A stretch of 63,942 nucleotides of DNA from Candidatus Woesearchaeota archaeon (GTDB lineage Archaea > Nanobdellota > Nanobdellia > Woesearchaeales > B72-G16): contig QMQO01000004.1 of the NCBI GenBank assembly GCA_003650545.1, positions 1 through 63,942 on the forward strand, written 5' to 3'. Position numbers and translations under genes: made by a program. How positions within the stretch are numbered: position 1 is the stretch's first letter; the number at the start of each line of letters is the position of its first letter. The notes under the pieces were generated by a model. That model saw only the letters and a program-made list of their open reading frames with translations, did no database searches and was not told the origin of the DNA. Below are positions 38,038 to 45,806 of this stretch, one piece after another.

Positions 38038-38831
38038 TCTCCTACCAAAGGTCTTAGTATCAACAATCTTGTATTATAATCTTTAATACTATTTACTTTA
38101 TCAGAAACAACCAAAGCTTTTGCACCACGCTCTGCTGCCTTTTCATCCAATTCATTTAAATCAGAAATAAATTCTAGATCGATTCTCATTCCACAGCTAA
38201 ATTTCTTTAACTCTGATATATTTTTCTGTTTCAAAGCAACCGGAATTACAGCAACACCCCTCTTCATAACAGAAAGAGCAGCTCTAATGCTCTCTTTATT
38301 CTCAATCAATGCTAAAGCTTTACCTTCAACACCTATAGGTAATCCACCAGCAGCTTTTATTTTATTATTAAAAAGATAAGCTTTGCCATTAAAGATCTCA
38401 ACACATACCTCGACATTGAATCTCTTTAGATTAACCTTTGCCTTTGATTTCTCACAGATATAATCTCCTAGCTTCGCGCAAACCTCTGTGCTGCTCAGAT
38501 TAAATGACTTGTCTAGCTTCTTTGTTGTGACCCTAAATGTCTGCTTTGAGTTTGGTAATATTAACTCAATAGCCTTCTCCATCTCATTTAGATTAGCATC
38601 AGTCACAATCGCTTTTGATAAGCTTACTATTCCAAATACATTCTTTAAGAAAGAGCAATCCTCATCAGACTTAACTAAAATGCGATTCCTAACACGCCTT
38701 ACTTCACTCTTAACATTGTTAGCTTTTAGACATCTCTTTATATTTAGAGTTAATTTGTGCTCAAAATAAGTTCGGTTTTTTCCTTTAAGAGAGATCTCTC
38801 CATATCTAATAAGCCAGACACATCTCATCAT
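38034..38831 (-). CDS. ThiI-like NFLD+THUMP protein with a degenerate, truncated PP-loop domain
   Basis: ThiI-type N-terminus LIRYGEISLKGKNRTYFE and THUMP body. Where ThiI has GGLPVG..GKV..LLSGGIDSPVA, this protein has GGLPIGVEGKALALIENKESIRAA. It ends at ...LILRPLVGE, before the ThiI catalytic C-terminal part. Confidence 0.65.
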   Translation of the reverse strand: MMRCVWLIRYGEISLKGKNRTYFEHKLTLNIKRCLKANNVKSEVRRVRNRILVKSDEDCSFLKNVFGIVSLSKAIVTDANLNEMEKAIELILPNSKQTFRVTTKKLDKSFNLSSTEVCAKLGDYICEKSKAKVNLKRFNVEVCVEIFNGKAYLFNNKIKAAGGLPIGVEGKALALIENKESIRAALSVMKRGVAVIPVALKQKNISELKKFSCGMRIDLEFISDLNELDEKAAERGAKALVVSDKVNSIKDYNTRLLILRPLVGE

Positions 38832-39204
38832 ACCAATTCATCTGTATCTCCAATAATAATTTTAAGGTTATAATTTTATGTTTACGTTAGATTTATAATC
38901 AATTCTCGAACCAACATTTATAAGCGTAGCGAAGATAAACGCTTAGTTGCATGCAAACAAATATTACGAATTTAGAAAGATTTATAAAGATTTGCGAAAA
39001 TAAAACACATTCATATTTTTTAAGTTCTCTCCAGATACATAAGTTAGTATATGATAAAGATTTTTCAAAGCTTTTGAAATTTAATATTAACGGTATTAAT
39101 ATTAACCCAAGGCTGTTTTTGTAATACATTTTAGAAGAGAGGACTATTGAAACTCGTCATAATAATACCAAAATAAAACAGAATTTAAAAAAGAGTCCAA
39201 AACA

Positions 39205-39212
39205 TTTAAAAA
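39205..39212 (+). promoter_or_regulatory. TATA-box-like element upstream of tRNA-Arg
   Basis: TTTAAAAA lies about 25-32 nt upstream of the first tRNA nucleotide (39237), matching archaeal promoter geometry. Confidence 0.45.
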
Positions 39213-39236
39213 GCTGTTATTTTTAGTTAGCTCTAG

Positions 39237-39359
39237 GGGCCCGTAGCCTAGCCTGGACTTTACGGGGCAAATAAGGCGACAGCCTTCTAAGCTTAGCCTT
39301 AGCTAAGAAAGCTGTAGATCGGGGGTTCGAATTTTCTTCCGAAAATCCCTCCGGGCCCA
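39237..39359 (+). tRNA. tRNA-Arg (anticodon TCT) with three introns
   Basis: Acceptor GGGCCCG/CGGGCCC with discriminator A. D-stem GCCT/AGGC encloses a 24-nt loop, about 14 nt too long. Anticodon stem ACAGC/GCTGT has loop CTTCTA, a 20-nt insert (39290-39309) and then A. T-stem GGGGG/CCCTC has TTCGAAT plus 14 extra nt. The deduced mature length is 75 nt. No CCA is encoded. Confidence 0.8.
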
Positions 39360-39458
39360 GTATATTATTTCATTATTTCATAAACTTTATATAAGTAACA
39401 AAATAATCAAAAAGTAAGTAATCAAAAAGTAAGCAGGCGACAATTAACCTTACCGTTT

Positions 39459-39625
39459 GCAGGCGTAATTATAATGGCTTTTTGTCATATAATGCCCAAG
39501 GCCAAATCCGGTAAGGCGATCGGCTGCAGGATCGGCGTTCGGTCTGTGGAGCACAGGCTATGACATGCTGAGACCGATAGATTCCGGGTTCGAATTGTAT
39601 TAACACGAAAGTCCCGGCGCCTGCT
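39459..39625 (+). tRNA. tRNA-Cys (anticodon GCA) with three introns
   Basis: Acceptor GCAGGCG/CGCCTGC with discriminator T (U73). A 33-nt insert sits after positions 8-9 (about 39468-39500). The D-arm is GCCA-AATCCGGTA-AGGC. Anticodon stem ATCGG/CCGAT has loop CTGCAG, a 43-nt insert (39530-39572) and then A. T-stem CCGGG/CCCGG has 17 extra nt in the loop. The deduced mature length is 74 nt, and a T-run follows. Confidence 0.7.
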
Positions 39626-39745
39626 CTTTTTTAATTAATTTATAAAAAATAAGAATAGAAAAATTGTTATGTTTCTAATTAGTCCAGAACTAGTGCTGTA
39701 TAAAAAAGCATTAAATTTATTAATCTAAAAATAAAACAGTTAAAA

Positions 39746-40261
39746 ATGTCAAAAAAAGCCCTCATATATCTCTGGACAGGACATGGCTATGGTAAATCTA
39801 CTTCTGCCTTTGGGACTGCTCTAAGAGCAATTGGCCAAGGTAAAAGAGTTATCTGCATCGAATTTATGAAAGGTCGCACTTATACTGGCGAATATAAGTT
39901 CTCTAAGAAACACAAAAATTTTGAGATGTATTTATTTGGCAGACCGGGCTGGGTTAATCTAAAAAAACCAAGTAAAGCAGACAAAAAACGCGCAAAACAT
40001 GGTCTAGAGTTTGCTAGGAATATCTATAAAAAGAAAAAGCCTTTCCTTCTTATCCTAGACGAAATCAACCTAGCGTGTAAGATAGGTCTGCTAAAAACAA
40101 AAGATGTCATTGATTTTCTTGATGAGATAACCACTCCAACACGCGTCTATATAACAGGAAGAGAAGCCCCCGCATCCTTAAAAAAGCGTGCTGATTATGT
40201 AAACATCATAATCAATACAAAGAAAAAAAAGGTTCCAGCATCTAAAGGAATAGAATATTGA
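39746..40261 (+). CDS. CobA/CobO/BtuR-family ATP:cob(I)alamin adenosyltransferase-like protein (paralog 1)
   Basis: LIYLWTGHGYGKSTSAFGTALRAIGQGKRVICIEFMKG, LLILDEINLA, VYITGREAP and the family-typical C-terminal ...KGIEY. Confidence 0.7.
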   Translation: MSKKALIYLWTGHGYGKSTSAFGTALRAIGQGKRVICIEFMKGRTYTGEYKFSKKHKNFEMYLFGRPGWVNLKKPSKADKKRAKHGLEFARNIYKKKKPFLLILDEINLACKIGLLKTKDVIDFLDEITTPTRVYITGREAPASLKKRADYVNIIINTKKKKVPASKGIEY

Positions 40262-40296
40262 AATATTAAAATTAAGATTTTAAATCGGAGTTTAAG

Positions 40297-41079
40297 ATGA
40301 AAATTAAAAAACTTCTAATAAAAAAGAAAAGAAAAGAGTACTTAAAAGATTTGAAGAGGGAAGTAACAGTTCAAAAACAAGAGTTACATAACATTGTTAA
40401 CTTAAACCGAGATTTCTCAACAAAGTTTGGAACAATCAAAAAATCACAATTGCAAAAGACAGGCAAAGTTGTATTAAAAAATCAAGAATACTATTTACTC
40501 GATCCAACATTAATAGATCAGCTAAAAAACCTAAAACGTACTAGCCAGATGATCCCTATAAAAGACATTGGCCTCATAATAACAGAGACAGGTATAAACA
40601 AAAACTCGATTGTGCTAGACGCTGGTTCTGGCTCAGGTAGCTTAGCATGCTTTTTAGCAATTTATGCAAAAAAAGTTATTACATACGATATCAACACAGA
40701 AAATCTTGCTGTTACGAAACAAAATATAAAAGACTTAGAACTAACAAATGTAGAAGTAAAAAAGGCTGACATTACCAAAAGTAACAAAATCAACGAACAG
40801 GATATTGATGTTTTTACTTTAGACATTCCAAATCCTGAAAAGGCTATCATAACAGCCAACAGAGTGCTTAAAGTTGGCGGCTTCATTGTCAGTTATTCTC
40901 CTAACATTACCCAAAGCCAAGCGATTGTGAATAAAATAAAGCAACATAATAATTTCTTGTACATAAAAACCTGTGAACTTATAGAAAGAGAATGGAAACT
41001 AGAAGGTAAGATTGCCAGGCCAGTTTCAGAAAGTATCGTACCTAGTGGTTTTCTAACCTTTGCTAGAAAAATAAGATAA
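40297..41079 (+). CDS. trmI: tRNA (adenine57/58-N1)-methyltransferase TrmI (GCD14 family)
   Basis: SAM motif VLDAGSGSGSLACFLA, FTLDIPNPEKAI, VLKVGGFIVSYSPNITQ and C-terminal ARPVSESIVPSGFLTFARK. Confidence 0.75.
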   Translation: MKIKKLLIKKKRKEYLKDLKREVTVQKQELHNIVNLNRDFSTKFGTIKKSQLQKTGKVVLKNQEYYLLDPTLIDQLKNLKRTSQMIPIKDIGLIITETGINKNSIVLDAGSGSGSLACFLAIYAKKVITYDINTENLAVTKQNIKDLELTNVEVKKADITKSNKINEQDIDVFTLDIPNPEKAIITANRVLKVGGFIVSYSPNITQSQAIVNKIKQHNNFLYIKTCELIEREWKLEGKIARPVSESIVPSGFLTFARKIR

Positions 41080-41124
41080 ATTTTTTAATGTATTTTTTTA
41101 ATGTGAAAAGAATACTAGAGAATT

Positions 41125-41568
41125 TCAACTAGCATTTTTTTTATTGTCAACCTTAGCGTGTTTTGCCTTCAGTATAAACATGGTTATAATAGTGACAACG
41201 ACAGCAGGCAAGTAAAGTTTTAGACCAAGAGAAATGCCAACAGCAGCAGCCACCCACATACCAGCAGCTGTAGTAACTCCGTGTATCTCCTTATGCTTCC
41301 AGATGACACCTGCACCTATAAAACCAATACCTGCAACAACAGCGGCTGAGACCCTACTGATATCCACCCTTGTTCCTCCAACAAAACCATAAACAGAGAT
41401 GATAGTAAAGAGACAGGAACCAAGAGAAACTAATGTAAATGTCCTCGCACCAGCGCCATGAATTTTATCATGTCTAAAATAACCAATTGCATAGCCAAAT
41501 ATAGCAGCAAGAACAAGATTTAGCACTATAATCATAAGATCTACGTTCAGAAAATCTGTTGTAACCAT
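41125..41568 (-). CDS. MgtC/SapB-family membrane protein
   Basis: GAGARTFTLVSLGSCLFTIIS...AAVVAGIGFIGAGVI...GVTTAAGMWVAAAVGISLG. I re-set the start to the ATG at 41568; the track start is TTG. Confidence 0.8.
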   Translation of the reverse strand: MVTTDFLNVDLMIIVLNLVLAAIFGYAIGYFRHDKIHGAGARTFTLVSLGSCLFTIISVYGFVGGTRVDISRVSAAVVAGIGFIGAGVIWKHKEIHGVTTAAGMWVAAAVGISLGLKLYLPAVVVTIITMFILKAKHAKVDNKKNAS

Positions 41569-41618
41569 TTTCACAACAAGCAAGCATGAAAAATATATAA
41601 AACTTTCGTAGCTATTAG

Positions 41619-42365
41619 CTATCTAACTAATAACTTTTTTTTATAGACAAACCAGATAGCAAATCCTGAAAAAAATAACACAACACCATTAAAAAAACCA
41701 TAAAGAGTTAACCTTTTAACAAAATTATAAAAAAACAACTGCGGAAATAAATTAATCAAAGTGTCTTTTGCAGGATCCATCATCCAGAGATTATTCCTGA
41801 AGAAAATAGCATGGAATTGTAAAAAATAATTTGAAAAATCATTTCTTAAAAGAAACATAATCAAAGTTATAATAAAAATAGTAATTCCTGTTGAAACCAA
41901 CACAATAAAAGCATTTTTCACAAAAGTCTTTTTATCTATTAGCAATAATGCAATGAAAAATAAAACAACCAAAATCAAGGTTGTATTATAATAAAAGTTC
42001 GCCTTACCAATAAGATTCTTGACATCAATTAAGTGATCTATATCTTGCTGGCTTAAAAAGCTGTGGTTATAATAAAAATTATCGTCCTTGAAATATTTAA
42101 ACAACCCAATTGTAAACTCTGCCACCTCTTGTTTACCATATTTAAGATAAGCACCATTCTCGTTATACTGTTTATCATAGAAGCTATAATTATAAAGTGT
42201 TGTCCTAAACACATTTAAGTAGATAAAAGTGGTTAAAAACATAACTGCTAAAATTATGACAACAGCTGAGTAACGGTTCTTAACTATTGTATAACTTTTA
42301 ACTATAGTACAACTTTCCTTCCTTTTTTTGTTGCTGGTCAAGTTGACTCCCCTGCTTATTAACAC
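41619..42365 (-). CDS. Integral membrane protein (possibly DUF1461/TIGR01906-like)
   Basis: About 5 TM helices and a loop with SQQDIDHLIDVKNLI. The 5' end overlaps the ABCE1 3' end by 68 nt, so the true start is uncertain. Confidence 0.5.
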   Translation of the reverse strand: MLISRGVNLTSNKKRKESCTIVKSYTIVKNRYSAVVIILAVMFLTTFIYLNVFRTTLYNYSFYDKQYNENGAYLKYGKQEVAEFTIGLFKYFKDDNFYYNHSFLSQQDIDHLIDVKNLIGKANFYYNTTLILVVLFFIALLLIDKKTFVKNAFIVLVSTGITIFIITLIMFLLRNDFSNYFLQFHAIFFRNNLWMMDPAKDTLINLFPQLFFYNFVKRLTLYGFFNGVVLFFSGFAIWFVYKKKLLVR

Positions 42366-44046
42366 GCGGTCTCATACTTTCCGGGTCACGCCTCATAGTA
42401 ATTTTCAAATCTTTTAAAAACATATTCATCCCTTGCTCCATAACAAAGGGGCCATTTGCCTCACCCCTAACAGCAGGAACACCTTCGAATACTATAAGGT
42501 TATCTGATAAATAGTCAATAAATAACAAATCATGATCTACAATCATAGCAGATTTACCACTTATCTCAACCAAACTGCGAATCACTTTTGAAACTGTTAA
42601 GCGTTGCTCAACGTCTAAATAAGCAGAAGGTTCATCAAGCAAGTACAAATCAGCATCCTTTGATAATGTTAACGCAATAGAAACACGTTGCAGCTCTCCA
42701 CCAGATAATTGGTTAAGATGCCTATCCATCAAGGACTCTAATTTTAATGGAATAGATAGTTGTGTTTCATATTTCTCAATAACGTCTTTAAGCACAGACT
42801 TCACTATTTCTCGGCTATCGCCTCGCAGATACTGTGGCTTATAACTTACTTTCACAGTCTCAGTAACCTCCCCTTTATCTTGCTTAATAATCCCTGCAAG
42901 AATCTTCACAAAACTAGTCTTACCGATTCCATTTTCACCGAGAACACCAACAACCTGATGCTTTAATATTTCACCTTTCTTTGCTTTTAATTCAAATCTA
43001 CCTAAAGTTTTTTCTATGTTTCGCCATGATGTAAAAACGGGCATCTCTTTTTGTGTTACGGGTGCTCTAGCCTCAAATTTAATTTCATAATTTCTAAAAC
43101 GAACATTTTCTTCTCTGAGATAGCCTGACAAAAATACATTAATTCCAGTCCTTGTTGTCTTTAGCATGCTAACAACACCAAAGCACCCCTCTTTACCATA
43201 CATTAAATGCACAAGGTCAGCCATATAATCGAGAATTATAAGATCGTGATCGATAACTAATACAGCTGTGCTTTCATTCGCCAAATTATTTATAAGCTTA
43301 CTAATTTTGATACGTTGTTTGATATCTAAGTAGCTTGTTGGTTCATCAAAAATGTATAGGTTTGCTTTTTTTAGAAAGGTTGCAGCTATTGCAACTCTTT
43401 GAAGTTCCCCTCCAGAGATCTTATCAATATCAGTATCAAGAATTTTCTCAAGCTCAAACAGATTAATAATCCTATCAAATTCACCTTTCTCATCGATCTT
43501 TCTAAGTAATTCTTTTACTTTACCTTTAGCAGTTCTAGGAATTAAGTCAACGGCTTGTGGTTTGTACGCAATTTTTATTTTTCCTTTCTGAACTGCCTCA
43601 AAAAACTTTTGTGCTTCTGTTCCCTTAAAACGCTCTATTAAGTCACGATAGCTTGCTTCAGTATCTTTTCCTAAATTCGGTTTAAGAACGCCAGCTAGAA
43701 TTTTTATAGCTGTTGTTTTTCCTATTCCATTTTTACCTAATACACCTACAACCTTACCAAACACCGGTGTTGGGAGGCTATATAAAGCAAAACCGTTTGG
43801 CCCATAGCGATGTATAGGATCTTCTTTCAGAGCTTCGGGTAGATTTATTATATGCACAGCCTCAAACGGACAAATTTTCTGACAAATTCCACAACCATTA
43901 CATAACTCCTCGTTTACAAACGCTTTACCATCAACTAAAACGATGCACTCTTTACCTGTCCTATTTACAGGGCATTTTTTAAGACAAAGCTCCCCACACC
44001 TTGCTGGAGAACATTTATCTTTTTTAACAACAGCTATACGGGTCAT
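42298..44046 (-). CDS. abcE1: ABCE1 / RNase L inhibitor-type ribosome recycling ATPase
   Basis: I used the ATG at 44046 (MTRIAVVKKDKC...). N-terminal 2x[4Fe-4S] domain (CPVNRTGKECI...CNGCGICQKICPFEA). Two ABC cassettes: GKNGIGKTT / LSGGELQRV / IFDEPTS, and GENGIGKTS / LSGGELQRV / LLDEPSA. Confidence 0.9.
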   Translation of the reverse strand: MTRIAVVKKDKCSPARCGELCLKKCPVNRTGKECIVLVDGKAFVNEELCNGCGICQKICPFEAVHIINLPEALKEDPIHRYGPNGFALYSLPTPVFGKVVGVLGKNGIGKTTAIKILAGVLKPNLGKDTEASYRDLIERFKGTEAQKFFEAVQKGKIKIAYKPQAVDLIPRTAKGKVKELLRKIDEKGEFDRIINLFELEKILDTDIDKISGGELQRVAIAATFLKKANLYIFDEPTSYLDIKQRIKISKLINNLANESTAVLVIDHDLIILDYMADLVHLMYGKEGCFGVVSMLKTTRTGINVFLSGYLREENVRFRNYEIKFEARAPVTQKEMPVFTSWRNIEKTLGRFELKAKKGEILKHQVVGVLGENGIGKTSFVKILAGIIKQDKGEVTETVKVSYKPQYLRGDSREIVKSVLKDVIEKYETQLSIPLKLESLMDRHLNQLSGGELQRVSIALTLSKDADLYLLDEPSAYLDVEQRLTVSKVIRSLVEISGKSAMIVDHDLLFIDYLSDNLIVFEGVPAVRGEANGPFVMEQGMNMFLKDLKITMRRDPESMRPRVNKQGSQLDQQQKKEGKLYYS

Positions 44047-44187
44047 TTTAAATCTTTTGGCCAAAAATTTGAAACACTTAAAAACAGAGTCATGTTTATA
44101 ATTATTTAATATTTATAATTATTTAGAATTAAGAAAGCTTTATAAAGGTTATTCTTATCTAAAATAAAAAAAAAGCCGTATGAGAAA

Positions 44188-44343
44188 ATGAAATGCGAGA
44201 TCTGCAAGAAAACAATTGAAGAACATTTCTTAAAGAAGATTATAGGCACTGTTATAAAAGACGAAAAAGGCAAACGCCACTATGTATGCAACAAATGCCA
44301 GCAAAGGTTGAAAACAAAAGAAGAAATACTTAAAAATCTTTGA
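44188..44343 (+). CDS. Small Zn-ribbon protein (51 aa)
   Basis: ORF found by hand, below the track cutoff: MKCEICKKTIEEHFLKKIIGTVIKDEKGKRHYVCNKCQQRLKTKEEILKNL (CxxC...CxxC). Confidence 0.4.
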   Translation: MKCEICKKTIEEHFLKKIIGTVIKDEKGKRHYVCNKCQQRLKTKEEILKNL

Positions 44344-44366
44344 TGATTGCTTATTTTATGCCCCAT

Positions 44367-44493
44367 GCCCCTGTAGCATAGTAGCTATAATGTGGCATAG
44401 TAGCTGTAACTGTTACATGGCGATTGCGACTGCCTCGTATTGCATTCAGCAATTGATAGCAGTAGATCGAGGGTGCAATTCCCTCCAGGGGCT
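44367..44493 (+). tRNA. tRNA-Thr (anticodon CGT) with two introns and an atypical T-loop
   Basis: Acceptor GCCCCTG/CAGGGGC with discriminator T. The D-arm is GCAT-AGT, an insert of about 36 nt, then GGCGA-TTGC. Anticodon stem ACTGC/GCAGT has loop CTCGTA, an 18-nt insert (44440-44457) and then A. T-stem GAGGG/CCCTC has loop TGCAATT, which departs from the usual TTC. The deduced mature length is 73 nt. Confidence 0.6.
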
Positions 44494-44756
44494 TGTAGTA
44501 TCGATAAGGCAGTGGGGTCTCACATTTCACATTGTTCAACCCCACTGATAATATCTTTACTATATCTTTGTTTTAGTTTTTGAAACACCCAGGGAATTTA
44601 ATCGAATTTTATATTTAGAAGGCTGAGACCAGATCTTTCAAGAAATTTTGTTACAACAAGAGGCTTTTGAATCTCCAAAATTAAACATCATAAAGAAAAA
44701 TAAGTTAAAGTTGGCTAGATAAACTTAGAAAGTTAAACTTAGAAAGTCCAAAACTT

Positions 44757-45503
44757 TTAGTCTAAAGACAATTCCAGATAATTCATGATCACTTTTTCAT
44801 ACCGCTCCATTGTTAAGCCCCTTCTTTTACGTATCCAACTCAGATCATACTCAGGGATTTCCTCTTCTGGATTATTTGAAGTGAAAAATTTAACCAGAGA
44901 TGGAAAGTGTTCTGCTAAACCAATGCGACAATTGTCTTCTATTTTTTTATAGATCATTAAGGCTTCTTCATGACAACCAAAATTTAGAAGTTTATCACCT
45001 AAAGCTCTGAGCTTCTTCTTAGCAGTTCTCTTTGAAGTATTTTTTTTAATAGTATTAATAAACCTTTTAATAACAAAATCACAGCATCCATCCCTATAAG
45101 CATTATAACAGAAACTTGCGATATAGTTAACCGATTCGTCTTTTTTAAGGTAGAACTTACTTAACAGATTAATTGCGCCATCTATTTTTTTCTTTCCAAA
45201 ATCGCTAATTTTAAGGTTTTCTGGCTTCTCTTCGATCTCAAAGAGAAAATCCTTATAAAGCTCTGTAGCTTTCATATATACTAGATCTTCTGGGTGATCA
45301 TAGACACAATAAAATTTAAGAGCATGATCATATTGTCCATGTTCTACAAGGATGTTTGCAATATTAATTGGCCCTATGAAGTCCCCCTTACTCCTCTTAG
45401 ATAAAGCCACAGCTACAAGCTTATCCAAACTAATTCTATCTAAATTACCATCATAACGAAAAAACTCCGCTAGCTCTCTCTTGACAAAATATTTATCTCC
45501 CAC
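44757..45503 (-). CDS. Hypothetical protein, helical-repeat (TPR-like) appearance
   Basis: 248-aa ORF. The only start compatible with the frame is GTG at 45503. It has repeated helical hairpin-like segments (EHGQYDHALKFYCV..., GCHEEALMIYKKIED...). Confidence 0.45.
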   Translation of the reverse strand: MGDKYFVKRELAEFFRYDGNLDRISLDKLVAVALSKRSKGDFIGPINIANILVEHGQYDHALKFYCVYDHPEDLVYMKATELYKDFLFEIEEKPENLKISDFGKKKIDGAINLLSKFYLKKDESVNYIASFCYNAYRDGCCDFVIKRFINTIKKNTSKRTAKKKLRALGDKLLNFGCHEEALMIYKKIEDNCRIGLAEHFPSLVKFFTSNNPEEEIPEYDLSWIRKRRGLTMERYEKVIMNYLELSLD

Positions 45504-45750
45504 ATTCTGGGTGTAACATGAGATCTTTATAAGCTTTCTTATACTCTAAAATATACTCAGATTATAAAATAATTAAAAATAAAATAATTAAAAATAGCCA
45601 TTTTATCTATTTATGCCTATCAACTTCATGATCGTTCCATGATTGTTCTTTGTTCTGTTTTAAAAATATAACTACTCCTAATTAACAAAAACAACTAAAT
45701 AACCAAAACAAAATCTTTAAATATAAGTTTAATTTTCTAATTTATGCGAA

Positions 45751-45798
45751 AATCAATATTTTGGGTGTATTCTTTCTGACCCATACGACATGTTGTGT
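45751..45798 (+). promoter_or_regulatory. Two candidate NrdR boxes
   Basis: AATCAATATTTTGGGT (45751-45766) and ATACGACATGTTGTGT (45783-45798). Each matches 12 of 16 positions of the acaCwAtATaTwGtgt consensus, including all strongly conserved positions. Their starts are 32 bp apart. They end 9 nt before the nrdR ATG. Confidence 0.5.
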
Positions 45799-45806
45799 TT
45801 ATTAAA

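Noticed and set aside
38899-39129. 76-aa minus-strand ORF in the spacer upstream of tRNA-Arg
   Set aside because: It lies in an AT-rich spacer, gives a hydrophobic low-complexity peptide, has no SD-like element and includes small palindromes. It is more likely promoter or spacer DNA.
44351-44545. 64-aa minus-strand ORF
   Set aside because: The interval folds into a tRNA-Thr cloverleaf (with introns) plus a downstream hairpin on the plus strand. The ORF peptide has no features.
44510-44560. Second, split or intron-containing tRNA suggested by GGGG...TTCAACCCC after tRNA-Thr
   Set aside because: No complementary acceptor 5' strand and no D or anticodon arms can be found in the flanks. It is treated only as a hairpin.
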